A stretch of DNA of 64,000 nucleotides from the human T2T-CHM13v2.0 reference genome, Homo sapiens. Positions 1 to 15,372 of the stretch are shown one piece after another. The stretch lies in assembly GCF_009914755.1 (NCBI RefSeq), contig NC_060934.1. One strand, written 5' to 3'. Positions within the stretch are counted from its first letter, which is position 1; every line of letters begins with the position of its first letter. The translations under genes were made by a program, and so were the position numbers. The notes below the pieces were generated by a model. It was not told where the DNA came from, did not search any database, and saw only the letters and a program-made list of their open reading frames with translations.

Positions 1-620
1 CCTGCCTTGCTCACCTTCCAGTTGTCCACGTACCTCATTCTTCCTGGATGCAGGACAGGAACTCAAGATCCGCCAATGGCCAGACTAAAAGAGATTTAAC
101 ACAAACAGGGCTGAAACACGCCTCTCCGCCTAACACGTTGCAGGTAATGAGAAGGAGAAGAGCTGCGGCCCTTCAGGGAGCCCAGACCTAGGGGCTCTCC
201 AAGTCAGGGCTGTGACGCCCTCTTTAGGGCTCTGTGGTTCCTGGCGTCTCCCAGCTTCCAGGCACCACAGCATTCCCTGGTGCCCATGGTGGAAGCTACT
301 TGCAGGACGCCTGGTCCATATGCAGCCTCTCTTGGAGCCAGCGCCTATACTGGCACTTGGAGCTGCCTGCCCCACCGCAGCCAGCACACCTGGCCGTGCG
401 CTGTGGCCGAACCCCGTGCTCACTCACACACCCCTTGCCACTCCATGCCTGGCTCACCCTTGACAGATGTGGGATCTGGGCCGGTAGTGCCAGCTGAGCG
501 CAGCCTGCTGGGCCAAGTGTGTGGAATGAGCCCAGTGAGGCTAAGCAAAACTCAGGCAAAGGCGCCACGGGCCACAGACATTTCTGACTAGAAAACTGAC
601 ACCCTAAGGATCCTGTGAGA
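1..620 (+). mobile_element. ERV1-class LTR, MER52-like; 3' part, truncated by the window edge
   Basis: GC-rich block ending ...caaaactcaggcaaaggcgccacgggccacaga...ccctaaggatcctgtgaga, resembling the MER52/LTR27-family 3' terminus. Confidence 0.7.
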
Positions 621-624
621 CTTG

Positions 625-690
625 CATTATAAGGCTATTGAGAGGGTTAAATGAAACAATGTTTATAAAATGCCTGCATATAATTAATGC
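625..690 (+). mobile_element. MIR 3' fragment
   Basis: ctattgagagggttaaatgaaacaatgtttataaaatgcct resembles the MIR 3' end. Confidence 0.5.
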
Positions 691-1134
691 CAGAAATGTG
701 ATGTACACACACCCACATTACTTGGAGGTTATATTACATTACATTCTGATTATGTTCTATGTTTGAATATATGACACAAACTAAATCTTCAGCAAGAATT
801 AATTAGCAGCAAACTATTAATTTGTGCTCCATCATACTTCTTTGGATAAAGATAATTATTTGTTTGTAGATAGGATATTCTGCCCTTATTAAAACTACCC
901 ATGCTATTAGTAAATTCCTTCTCATTTGATAATCTTGTCTCAATGCTTTGAGAAGTTGTCCTGTTAGGTGCTGCAAGGCATTCACTGTCAAATTAGGACT
1001 GGCCCCTACCATCTTGCAAAAGAGACAGGTGCCCAGTGGACAGTGAAGCAGGGGAGAATAGAGTAATGGTCAGGAGAAGGGCATCATGAAAACCTGAGGG
1101 CTCCAATGCAGAGAGAGTGTGGGGCTACGGAAAC

Positions 1135-1325
1135 AGTTTGGGCTTTAGGAGTCAGGCTGATTTGGTTTCTAATCACACTCTGGACTTTAGAACTGGATAG
1201 CCTTGTACATGTTACTGATCTTTCCTAAGTGTCAGTTTTTTTCATTTTTCAAATGAGAGGAATATAGGACATATCTCATACATTGGATAACCATTAGCGT
1301 TTACCATATATTCAAGAAATATTAA
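1135..1325 (+). mobile_element. MIR SINE
   Basis: ggctttaggagtcagg...gccttgtacatgttactgatctttcctaagtgtcagttttttcatttttcaaatgag matches the MIR core. Confidence 0.65.
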
Positions 1326-1577
1326 ATCCTGTCACACACTTTGCCTCCTTTCTTTACCATCTCCTTCTTTTTCCTCAACTCGTATTTTTCCTCCCTTTTT
1401 TCATCTCTCCTCAACCTCTGATAGGACAGATTGAAAAATATTTGATGGACTAGGCATTATTTCGTATCAGCCATTGTATATGAGTAGTGTTTTAAATTCT
1501 AAATATTGTAAATTATAAGAAGTAATTATATGTTAAATAAAGTTTACAACTCCAAACATCCTTAATCACATTGCTAG

Positions 1578-1908
<331 letters not shown>

Positions 1909-2899
1909 TAACTACTACTTATTCCTAATTTTATGTAGTTAAAAACCACAACCTATGTATTATTTTAATGTTTACCATGTTGACTTAATGCTAGGTAATT
2001 AATATCTTTGCATATTTCTCTCTCCTTTGTACTTACAGTTGTATTAGGTTACCAAAAGAAATTATGATCACTTCTATAATGTCCAATATTTAGATGGTTT
2101 TATTTTTTTCTTCTGTTATATAAGTGTCTGCTAAAAATATTTTGGAACCACTGCTCTAGATGATTTGTAAGATCTTTAACAACTCTTACATTCTGTGATT
2201 GAATTAGTTATGTAATAGCCCATAAAATGCCCAAGCCACAGCCCTTCCTTCCTTTTTTCCTTTCGTAGTTCTCCTCCTCCCTCCCTCCTTTTCTTTTTCC
2301 TTCCCTGCCTTTCATAAATATTTGTGAACTGCTACTCTGGGCCAGATGCCACTGTGGGCACTGGCAGAACTGGGCCCCCTGTAGATCAGATAGAAACAAA
2401 TGGGAAGCTCCGGGCCATTGCCTTCAAAAGGCTTTCTTATTCCAGAGAGGTTTTTGACATAATCCTCCCCTCCCCACCAGCCTCTGCTGTGACCAGCTTC
2501 TTACTTGAATTACCCTTCAGCTCCCTCGCTCAGCTTCATGCTCAGCATTTGCCCAGACTCTGACCTCTTCTCCATTGGGATCTTTTTCTTGGTCTCTTGG
2601 TTCCAGACTCACCCTCATCCCTACCTTGCCTTTTGTTTTCCTCCCAATTTCTTGGCTTCTGGCTCTAGACAGGATATGGCTGTTCCTGCTTTCAAACCTG
2701 TCTATTATTCCCAACTTAATCTGTCTGTCAGTGACACCTTCTCTCTTGCTTTACTGAAAGGCACGGCACCTTAATCTGTGAGAGGGGTGGGAAGCTTCAG
2801 CCTTCTACCTGGTTCTTTAGTTTCTCTAACTTAATCCTTCAGAAGATGGCAAGTCTTTACTTTTGGATTCTGGCAATGTGGCCCACACTTTCGTGTTGA

Positions 2900-3218
<319 letters not shown>

Positions 3219-3589
3219 CATGGTATGTAGTTTTATCTTTGACTTTAAAATGTTTTACCCATCCTATTATCATGAATTGACTTCTTCCTGTATTTTTTGG
3301 CAGTATGTTGAGCACAAGGGTTAATTGTATAATTAATTTCAGAAAGTTAATATAGTTAATCTCCAAAGCTCTCTGTTAGTATGAGTGAGAAATGAGTAAG
3401 GGCGTAACTACTGTTATAGGTGTTTAGATGTCATAATCAAAGTCAGGGACAACATTCTGTAATGATCCAGAGTATGGGAGTGTGAGGGACACACTATGAG
3501 TTGGTGGCTCTTCATAACCACTATTAATCATAGTATGTTTTTTTTTATGACCCAGCAATGCAACCAATGTTCTCATTTTATTTTTCTTG

Positions 3590-3655
3590 GTATTCTTAGC
3601 ACAGGGCCTGGCATATAGTAGGTGGTTATTAAATACTTGATAACTAAATGAGTGA
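3590..3655 (+). mobile_element. L2 3' end fragment
   Basis: tagcacagggcctggcatatagtaggtggttattaaatacttga...aaatgagtga. Confidence 0.55.
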
Positions 3656-4659
3656 TGCTTTTTCTTATGAGAGAAAATAAATGTTTTTAGAAGAGTCAGC
3701 TTTATACCATGGTTTCAGGGGATGAATTGTGATGAAAAGTGAAGATTGCTTTTGCTTGAAAGAGGCTGACATATTTCCCAGACCCGGGATCACTTTCTGT
3801 GGTGTATGATTTAAGGGTGAGCGAGCATGCCAAAGCGCTCCACTTGAGCTGAGTGATGGGGAATGAGTTGTGGAGCTGTGGTCTTAGATGGTATTTTGTG
3901 AAAAACAGTGGGAGATTTATGGCTATTAAACAACTTTGTAGCTGCCCCCTTCTTGTTTCGAAGTCTGCCAAATCTCTCCTCCTGTGGTCTGTATCAAGTT
4001 CTTTCAGTGCATCCAGGACATTCAGAGATATCCACCGGACTGTAGTTTTTCATTGAATGCACCTATTGGAAAGGGGCTTGAATTTTATGCATTTATCAGT
4101 TTCGGTAATCACCGAGTGAAATTCTCGCTTTGCACGTCTGTTGTAGAATACACTGTATGTGCATTGAATCTTTTCCAAGCGGGTTGCCAAAGTTCTACCT
4201 TCCTTCTTTCCATTATGGATATTGCAGAGTGCAGTATATTAGTGGCTACTGCCTTTATTGATGTGAGTTTTAAAAATTATTAGTAACTCTTTGATCGTGA
4301 GCAGGAGAAGAATCAAGTAACCTTCAGAATGCTTTGATGTATCTTCAGCAGAAGGATTTATAAGGCCAGAATGAGTGTTTCAAGCCTTGCGGGGGAAGGG
4401 GATACATATTTACCATCATCTGCTTTTTTCTATTCTAGAGCTCACTCTCAGTAGCTCTAGAAGAAACAGAAATGGGATATTTCATCACAAAAAGTCAATC
4501 AGAGGTGGCATTCATCCATGTTATACAAGTACTAGAGAATTGTTACAGGAATTTTTCTCTCATTATGGGTTCATGTCAATATAGGAGTGCATGGATTAGA
4601 AAAGAAATAGGGCCTTTTGGTGTTTTTAAAAAAATTTCAGGCTTAAGTCTGAGAAATTC

Positions 4660-5610
4660 CAAAATGTAGAAAACTTTTAAAAATAATGAGCACATGTAGA
4701 GATCATCCAGAATTTGTGGTTTCTAATATTTTGACATTTGTTTTAAGTCTTCTTTAAATGAAAGAAAGAACATCATATATACAGCTGAAGTTCCTTTCTC
4801 TCCACATCACACTAGCCCCAGTCCTACTACACTGCCCCTTGGCAGAAGCAAACATTTTCATGAATTTAGTGTACATTTTAAAATAATTTTTAGGTGTTTC
4901 CCTGCATACATGAAATCAACAAATTTTATATTTCCATAAATATTATATTACATTTATCATTTTGCAACTTGCATTTTCACTCTGTATTAAATTTTTAGAC
5001 CTATTCAAAGCAAGATATAGAAATCAGGTTTTTTTCTCTTAAATACTAAATATTATTCTGTCTTACTGATATACAACATTATTTTTATTTATTTTCCTCA
5101 TCGACAGACATTTGAGTTAATTCCAATTTCTTCTGTTATAAATAATGCTGCAATAAACATTGTTTTATGTCTCAATTTGCAGACCTGTGTGAGATTTTCC
5201 GTAGAGTATATATTTTAAGTGAAATTGCTGCACCAATTTTCAATTTTATTAGAGATTGCTAAGTTACTCTTTAAAGTAGTTGAACGAATGTACATTCCCA
5301 CCAGCAAGGAATGAGAAGACAACAGTTTCTTTTTCCTTTGTTCTCACTAGTACCTGCTATTGTGAGACTTAAAAGTTTGTCAGTATGATGAGTGGAAAAA
5401 TCGTATCTTGTTTTAATTTGCATTGCCCTTAGTCCTAGTAAATTTCAGCAACTTCTCTTATGTTTATTGACTGTTCAGGTTTTCTCATCTTTGAATTTCC
5501 AGACATTTCCTTTGTCTATTTTTCTATTGATTTAAAGACATTCTTTTTTTTTTTTTAAATTTGGATACTAATAATTTATTGTAGATGTTGCAAATATTTC
5601 CTGACAGGAG
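4660..5610 (-). mobile_element. Ancient L1 (L1ME-like) 3' region
   Basis: Degenerate L1 motifs: ttataaataatgctgcaataaacat, tacattcccaccagcaa, ttttaatttgcattgccct, gatgttgcaaatatttcc. Confidence 0.7.
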
Positions 5611-5636
5611 AATTTAAAAAGTAAAATGTAAAACTA

Positions 5637-5993
<357 letters not shown>

Positions 5994-8348
5994 TTAAGAG
6001 TCTTTATAGTCTTGAAGATTCATATTTACTCAAATTTGCTTATTCTCATTTTAGGCATATCTTCTTAACCCAGGTAAAAGAAAACATTATTTAAATTTTC
6101 TATTACTGCATACTCAATATACGATGGGTGTACTGCCTCAGTTTCAAGGCAAGTTCTTTATTCTTTGGCAGATACAGTATAAATTTAAGACATTTTCTTG
6201 TCCACTTCTTTCCTATGATAATTGTGTCTTTCTGAATTGTACATCTAATCCTAAGGTTCAGAGAACCAGTGTGAACATCACTGTTGAAAGGATCACAAGG
6301 GCTTCATTTTGAAAAAAGCCAAGTCAAAGAGCTGGTAGTTGGATCATTGATTTGTAGTTGTTTTCCTAAACATCCAGCCATAGAAGTCCCACCAAAAGGC
6401 ATAGTTTGCAAAATCATTCTTTCCTGGATTATTTTCCATGATGTGAGTTTATCAATGGACACTGAGCAGGAAAGTAATTAAGTGCTGGTCATAGAATGAT
6501 GACTGCAAAACAACAGAAGCCACACCATTTTTTGCTCTACCTACAGTACGAAACAAAACTAAATATCTCTTTTACGCTTGGTTACAGAATTCTAATGTGT
6601 AGCACAGTCAGAGATGTTTCTGAAAAGGTAGCATTTGTTCCAGTAATTGTAGAAAAAAGCTGTCATCAAATTGTCAACAGCCCAAATTGAGATTAAAAGT
6701 TCTAAGAAATATCACTACACAACAAACTAAAACTCATGTTGGATTTTTGGGTCTTTTTTTTAGCAATGAGATGGAGCAGAAATATTGACAGCTATGGCTT
6801 CCTATGGAGGAAGTATGATAGATCTAGGGAGGATGACCCCTGTACCCTCACCCCATATGTCCTGCCTCAAGCATTAAATAGATGCCCTATTTAGGACACT
6901 ATCCTCATGTTTCATTCATCAGGTAGAAATTACAGGAGACCTTGAATACCCAATAGAGAGACACTTGGTGACTGTAGTATTTGATTTTTAATAATTTTGG
7001 GCTCTACATTCTTGCAGTGTGCTAAAAAGTGGAAAAGTCTTACCTACTTTAAAACACGTTTTTCTTGGTGGTTAAGCTTTTATTTTTGTGGACCCAATAG
7101 CCTTGGATCCAAATTTAAACACCATATATTTGCCTTGGAGCTGGAGTGAAGAAATGCTACCTGAAAACTGTTTTCTACCTAGGGACAGAGCTTCTGATTT
7201 TGCTCCACTCACACTCTTCCTGTAAGTCTCCACTGAAAGCCGCTTAGTCAAACGTCTCAAATGTCAGAAATGAAATTTAAAGGGTTTTTCTAGCAAGTAG
7301 GTCTAATCTCCTACTTAGTTTTGATTCCTATAATATAGGTAATCTCTTTGGAGAAAAGGCCTGCTTTTAGAAGGGCAAATATATCCCATAGAATGTATTT
7401 CCCGCTCCGGAAAGAAAAATGTAGCATTAATGAAATTTACTTTTTCATGAAGCTTGGAAAGATTGTTAGCTTCGGATTTTGATCCTAGCAGATGTTCTTT
7501 TTGGGATATTAAAAAAAAAAGCTACATTTGATTTAGGAATCTCAGTTAAGAGTTACAGCGGTAATGCTTCTTGCTACTAGCAGCTACACTGTGAGTGTGG
7601 CATACTGGCCATTGGTTCTGAGTGATAGCTGACCCCAAGCTGAAGTACTTTCTTTTGGCTTTAGCTCACAAGGATGTTGGGTTCTGAAAAGAGAGCCTCA
7701 GCAGCCTGGGCCATCTTGGACACAGTTCTATGGTTAAAGAGTTGTCTGCGTACAGTGAAAAAGCATCATCCTAGATGTATGTTATGTTATTTTCTTTTAG
7801 GCCTTGGAGTGACACATTTGTTGATAACCACTACATCCCAAATCCAAATTTCAGACGTATTTCTCACTGCTGTTGTTAAACTGAGCCAGAATCCCCAGTA
7901 CACAGCACAAGACAATTTATATCCTTTCCTATGGTGACTTCATTCTGCCAAGTCTTTCATGCCACTGGGCTCATGGAAGTCAGCCCTGGTTTTCCCCATT
8001 TATCCTGGGGGCAGAGCTTAACCTCTTCACTAGTATCCAAAGAAATCTGCTCATAGCCAGCCTTTACTTTGTGGGAATTACTGGGTGAAGGCCTGATAGA
8101 AATCTAAGCCTTTAACTTTTCCTGTCTTCTGCCTCTCTCTTTTTCCTCCTCCCTCCTTTCATTTCAGCACATAAACTGCCCCCTTTTCTTAGAGCTATTC
8201 CATATGTACTGAGGCCCCTCAAAGCTTTGGATCTTACCCAACACTTACCAGAATATTATCTCAACAAAAACAGCTCTTGCTTCCTAAGAAGTATCTTGGT
8301 GAATAATATTTTCTCCAAGCTCAGATCCCAAGGAGACAGGTCTGGTAA

Positions 8349-8588
<240 letters not shown>

Positions 8589-11091
8589 TAGAAAGAACAC
8601 AGTGCTTTTTAAGTCCTTGATGAGAAAACCATACCTGTCACACGTAGTGATTTTAACCCATATTAAACAGAATTTAGTAGCAGTCTATTCAGGAGGCAAA
8701 TAAATCTACGGTATAATATAATTTTGTGATTTTTTTTTCTTTAAATAAAGAGATTAGAGTACTTAAAAATTATCAAGGAGATGTTAACTCCAGTATTAGT
8801 GATGGAGAGAAATTGGGAAACTCACTAACATTTATAAAAGTATCGTTGTTTGAGAATATAACAATTAACAGCTATAATTTCAAAATGAATGAACTCTATG
8901 TTATAACTAAAAGGAATTCCAATTTGCCTGGCAACATTGAGAGAAGCCATGTGCAGTTTTTGCTGAATTCTCTTATTTTCAAAATATTAATTTGGTTTAC
9001 TCAGTTTTTCCAAAGCCTTGCATGTCTGTTGCCATCTCTAGAGTCTTCAGCTTCAAAAGCAGACAGAACACTGACATGAAATATCATTTGAAAATGTCTT
9101 ATCCCTAAGTTGGCTGTTTTAAATATTGTTTCCCCAAGAAGGAAATTCCACTTGTACACGTAAAGGTGAAAGTGAACAGGGGCTATTCTAGCATTGTCAT
9201 CCCAGCAGCATTGCAGGATGAGCAGGTGGAAGAACAGGCTGTGGTGATGCTCAGAAAGTAGTGAATCTGACCCTCCAAGTCACCGTCTGGGCTCTGGGCA
9301 AATGGGATACTTGTATTCTGCAGGAAACGAAGAAGAGAGTAGTGCAGGATTTCCGATGTCTGTGGCTTGGACCTGTGTTGCCTGTTTGGTGTTTGGGCAT
9401 CAATAGAACTTTTCTACATTTAAATATACTTTAGTTAATTTTGTGAAAAATCAATTTTGCTCAAAGTCAGGGAGAATAAGCAGCTGCCAACCTGCTATGT
9501 TTTGAGGGGCATGAACAGGTCTCTTTCACTGAATGTCCTTTTGAAGGTCTTAAGCATACATCCCTTTCGAGACTGTTTTTGGGGGAATTTCCCTAAAATA
9601 ACACCACATCTAGATGGAGCAACAAATTAACCCTTAAATTAGCCTCATATCCTCATGTGTTTATTTATTGGTTTCTTGTATTTGAATAAGGGTATTTTTA
9701 CTTTAGAGTCATTGAATAAGTTGCATAGAAACTGAAGTCTCAGAAACCTCACAGCCACTTGTAAAGTTTATCTGGCCCTGAAATTGAGATTTCACTATGG
9801 AGAGATATGATCAGATAGATGATAATCATTAGGAATAGGGCAAATATCATCTGTCATTTTTAACAGTAATATAAAAAATCTGAGACTTGAAGAAAGGAAA
9901 TATAACACAATATAGTTTTAAAATATTTGGAGTAATATTTGGAATATGGAAAAATGCCTAAAGTAGTTAGAGTTCAAATAAGTGCTCTTGGATGACATCA
10001 GGGCTTAACATCAATGAGAGAAATGTAAAGACGTTATTTAAAGAGAGCCAACACAGACATCTCAATTTTACTGAAGAAAATCCCTACACATTTAACATGT
10101 TGGTTGCCTGACCAGTGCTGACTTGGTTGTTGATAAAAGCAAGTCCATATCATAAAATGACGTTCTTTGGGCTGATGGCCATAAGGAGACCAATAGAGAG
10201 AAGACCGAAGAAGTTCATTAAAGCTGGATTATTGAACTGATCTATGTAGGAGAAAGGTGAGACTAATATATTTCAGCTTAGCATAAACCAATTTGGCTTG
10301 AACCAACTTGGCTTTCCCCAAGTGAGAAAGCCATTATTTTTTGGCACTAAAATGAAACCACTTAATACTATCTCATTTTTTTAGTATTTAAAAGAATTAT
10401 TTCAAGTTTCTGATCATGTACATCACGAAAACATTTGAATGTCATTTGTTAATACCTTCATGCAAACAGCTTACAAACATTTATGCAGAAGGGGACATTT
10501 CATGGTGTGAGGACAAATTACATCAATTCTTTCTCAAGTGAAATTCTCCATGATGTCTGAAACTTTTGTCTATACAATCCTCAGTGGAAGTTCTATTTGC
10601 AAATAATTTTTTATTCATCGAGTTCCCAATCTCTTTTCCTTCCACACCAACAACTACAAAAACTGGCGGGCAGTAGTTCATGTGCAAATTGCTATTTTTC
10701 TGTACATGCCATTTTCCCTTTACTTGTCCTTTTATGTAACTTCCAATGTCAACTATGATAGGTCCAAGATTCATGTCCTAAAAACTGTAGATTCAAATGC
10801 AAAGGAAGTCCAGGCTTAGAATAATGATCAGGAGACCTGGGACTCAATTTTTCCATCTGTTGCTTGTAGATAATCCATATATCACAGGGATAGTAACATG
10901 TCGTATTTTGCTTCCTGCATGAAACTTTTACTGATCTGAGTTATGTTGATTTTCTTCTTTCTATAGGTATGTCTGATATTTGTTTCTATCTTCTAGGTGC
11001 AATTGTTCATATTCTACTTTGTATGATAGAGGTCAGGTTATGTGTATCTTAAACTCCTCATAAATGAAAACTCCCTGAGAGGCAGCAGTAA

Positions 11092-11402
<311 letters not shown>

Positions 11403-11559
11403 TCATCTTCTCTTTGACATCAGTGACACTGCCCATTCTTCAGGTATCAGCTTACATATCACAGCTCCAAAGGAAACTTGCCTGATACCCCCTACACACT
11501 TATATTAGGCCAGTGTTCCCTGTTCAGGGATTATCTTCCTAGAAAGGCCATAAGCTGTT

Positions 11560-11670
11560 GGGAAGAGTGGTTGTGATTACATATGTTCACCACTTTATCT
11601 GCAATGCCTGGCACAGGGCCTCCTACCTAAATGGCGCTCCACATATATTTGTTCAGTAAAGGCTGAGTAA
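11560..11670 (+). mobile_element. L2 3' end fragment
   Basis: atgttcaccactttatctgcaatgcctggcacagggcct...gcgctccacatatatttgttcagtaaa. Confidence 0.6.
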
Positions 11671-12384
11671 TAGGAACCCAGGGGAAGGGTGAGTATCTTA
11701 GTCACCTCTGCGAGGTAACTTGATTGCATGTGAGAAAGGAGACCCTGCTTCCTTTGGGGGTGAACACACTAAAGGGAAAGGTCCAGCTGTGTGGACCTCA
11801 GACCTCAATTCTGTTGCTTTCATAAACCCAAACCATCAGGGATGGGTGTCATATGTGTTCATTCATTACCAGAAAGCATTTAGTCACAAAGCCTAACTTC
11901 TAGATAGTTGATTATTTTAATGTTGTAGTTTTCAAGCATTGGCGGTTTGACGGTAGGGAAGGGAATAGGATGAATTGAAGTAACTGATGGAATTATTTTA
12001 CTAGAACAGAAACTCTCAAGGAAGGGGTCAGACTCTCAGTAAGATACAGATTGTGGTACACACATGGATTTAGAATGGTCCACCTGAATTCTTTCTGAGA
12101 ATGCTGCCCTGGGTTGGAGCATATCTTTGGAATGAGGAGGACATGGGAATGTGTCAGTAATCTCAGTTGTTCCCTCGTGGCAATCTACATATTGTATCCT
12201 TGGCTGTGTCCATGTTATGAGGAGCGCTAAAATATCTGTTGGAGAAATGTCCCTTTAAATATATTACGAGTACAGGACATGCCCCAGCGTGCCAGGTATT
12301 GCCGTTCTTTATCTGGTAGCTCTTTGAAGTAGAATTCACATTTGTACAGGGCATTATGTCTTTTGGGGAAAACATTTCTATTTA

Positions 12385-12545
12385 GAATGTAAACTATATC
12401 ATCCTCAGGGTAACCCTGTAAAGTGAGGAGTGCAAATATTTTTCCCATTTAACAGAGGGAGACATCAAGAATTGCTGGGGATGATGGAGCAACTCAACAA
12501 CAGGCAAGGGAAACAAAATCAAAGCCCTGTGCCCTTAATTCTCAG
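12385..12545 (-). mobile_element. MIR fragment
   Basis: atcctcagggtaaccctgtaaagtgagg...cccatttaacagagggaga. Confidence 0.5.
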
Positions 12546-12846
12546 GTCCCCCTGACCTTTGTCCTTTACCCAGTGCGTATGAAGCAAGTGTAGGTAGGAC
12601 TAACTGTGGCCTTGAGCTGGAAGGAAGAGTCAAAAAAGTAGAGGGAGAGGCATGGCCTGGAAATGTTCACCACTGCCATGCGTTTCCAAAGCCTGTGCTA
12701 AGGCTGCTAGGAGCTACAGCATCCCACTTGCCTGCCTCTGTCAAAAGAATTGCATTACTCCTGCCCTGCCATTCTGTATTTTTAAATTACAGAACAATAA
12801 AATCAGGAGTGGAGAAAATTTGAAAACAAAAAGGGTGAATGCTCCA

Positions 12847-13300
12847 TGTCAGTCTGGATTCAGACAGGGAAAATAGAAGGCACTGTATGTATTCCAGTAA
12901 TGAAGAGTTTTAATGGAAGGAATTAGAGGTGCTGCCACCACCCAGAGTCACAACCTCAGCACTGAACCAGTGATTCTCAGGAGCTTGCTGGAAAGTTTCT
13001 GTGGATCACAGGAACATCTGGGTGTCTCCCACTGACTTTCTCTATCTGAAGCACCAGTGAGGGGATTCTCACGTTCACCTGGAGACTGTTTCAGTCATTG
13101 CTGTTATCCATGCGTTGCCCTGCTCCTCCATCTCTCTAGATTTCCAAATCATACTCCAGCATCTCTCTTTGGCCCAACTCTAACCTAGGCTGATTCACTG
13201 AAGGCGATTCTCCGATGTAGTTTTCAGTTCTCCCTCGAAGCTACAGAGAAAACCTTAGAAGAAAGCAGATGGTGGTAATGGTAAAACAGATAATCCAGCA
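12847..13300 (-). mobile_element. Ancient LTR relic (LTR33/LTR78/LTR79-like)
   Basis: Starts tgtcagtctggattcagacagggaaaatagaa; later ctctttggcccaactctaacctagg...gattctccgatgtagttttcag. Confidence 0.4.
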
Positions 13301-14159
13301 CATCTACCATAACCCTGCCTTGCCAATAGCTATCATGTGGAGGATCTCATTTCAACTTGTCTGCACGCACATTTTGCAAGATAATTGCAAGCCTAGTGAA
13401 TGTCCCTGAATTATTTATTTCCTGATGCTTATACTATAGTCTTGAAGATATGCCATAGTTAGCTTGCCATATTAAACATTGAACTTGAAATGTGTAAAAG
13501 AAAGAAAGCAAAAAGAAAAAAAATGAAGAGGAAATTTGCTGTGAAACTTGCTTAGAGATGATAACCTTTCTACTTTGACTATTGTTGGTAATCTTGCCAT
13601 TATTTTTATTGACACAGTTGTTAGGTACTCATCTTCCTCTCCAACCAGGGGCTTGGTCTATTTGTGTTTGAAATTGATTGCTGGGACTGTCACAAAGTAA
13701 TTTATATAGCAACTTATTATAATTAGTTATCATTTGCAGTTTCCTAAATGTGAGTTGCATTTTATGCTTAGCAATTGATTTTTCTGTATATCTCCATGAA
13801 GCAGCTCAATGTATGCCATCCAAAAAAGAAGAAAAAGACCGAAAGAAAAACTGTGTTTTTTTAAATTATTTAAAACATTTTTAGCCTGAGATATCATAAA
13901 ATACGTTTCCACAGAAGCCATAAATACAGAGTGTTTTGCTTCAACTCATTAAATCGCCAAAGTGAAAGTGAATAAAAGGAAATTTAAATGTCTGTATGTG
14001 AAGAGGTAGCAATGTAGACAAAAATGTTTGGGATGGGGAGATGTTGGCCAGAAAAACTTCATGCCAACAAGCATAATGCTTTCAGGAGGGCTCAAAAGGA
14101 AGTTACTTGATGACTAAACTATTGCTCACAATTTGTTTTGGGCTTATAGGATTCGGAGG

Positions 14160-14757
14160 TGCAGGGGCAGAATGATGCGATACTTTTCCTCATCTATTAT
14201 AAGGGTCACAGCCCATAACAAAAGACAGGTTAACAAGAGAAGAGGATAAGAAATTTACTTAATCAAAGTTTTCTGAGATGGGGGGGCCTTTAGAAATGAA
14301 AGGGAAAACTAGTTTTATGCTTATGTTGATGAAGAATGGACAGCTGTGTAGAAACATGGTTAGACAAAGGGTATGATCTAATGGGAATAGATTGAGGGGA
14401 AACCTAGCAAGGCCTGTCTGTTCAGATTCTTCTTGGCCTCTCTATGTAGCATTCCTTCCCCTGGTTATAGGACAGAACCCTCTGAAATGAGAGTCTTCAA
14501 AGGAGAAGAGAGAGTGTGAATTTTCTAGGTTTTATGGCTGGCTTTAAGGGATAGGATTCTAGTTTCGATGACCCCACTTAGGGAAGAGGAATTCTGGTTT
14601 CTATAACTCACTGCAGGGCAGAGACAGAGGGATGAGGGAGCAGGTAAGAGAAGGCCAGAGAGACCTTGCTTCTGAGGCCCTTCCAGTGTCTTTTGTTTCA
14701 AAGCACTCAGCACGTCAAGGTGCCACAATTTCGGGTATTGTGTTTTGAGCCCTGTCA
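14160..14757 (-). mobile_element. MER39 solo LTR (ERV1), 4-bp TSD GAGG
   Basis: TG...CA termini; the reverse strand begins tgacagggctcaaaacacaatacccgaaattgtggcacc, like MER39; gagg at 14156-14159 and 14758-14761. Confidence 0.85.
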
Positions 14758-14963
14758 GAGGCAGTATGTCTCTTTTAGCCAACTTTTAGTTTTTCATTTT
14801 TAGATTTCTACTATCTTTTCATGTCAGCCACAGGGAATGTGAAAGCTAAGTAGGTCTGATCATTATAAACAAAATCTACAGAAAACAATAGCAAAGACTC
14901 AGGAAAATAGATGCATTTATTTAGGCCAGCTTAATAGCTTAGCATCAAGGAATCTTTTGCCTA

Positions 14964-15372
<409 letters not shown>

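Noticed and set aside
130-591. Cluster of overlapping 83-103 aa ORFs
   Set aside because: All lie within a GC-rich LTR, where stop codons are rare
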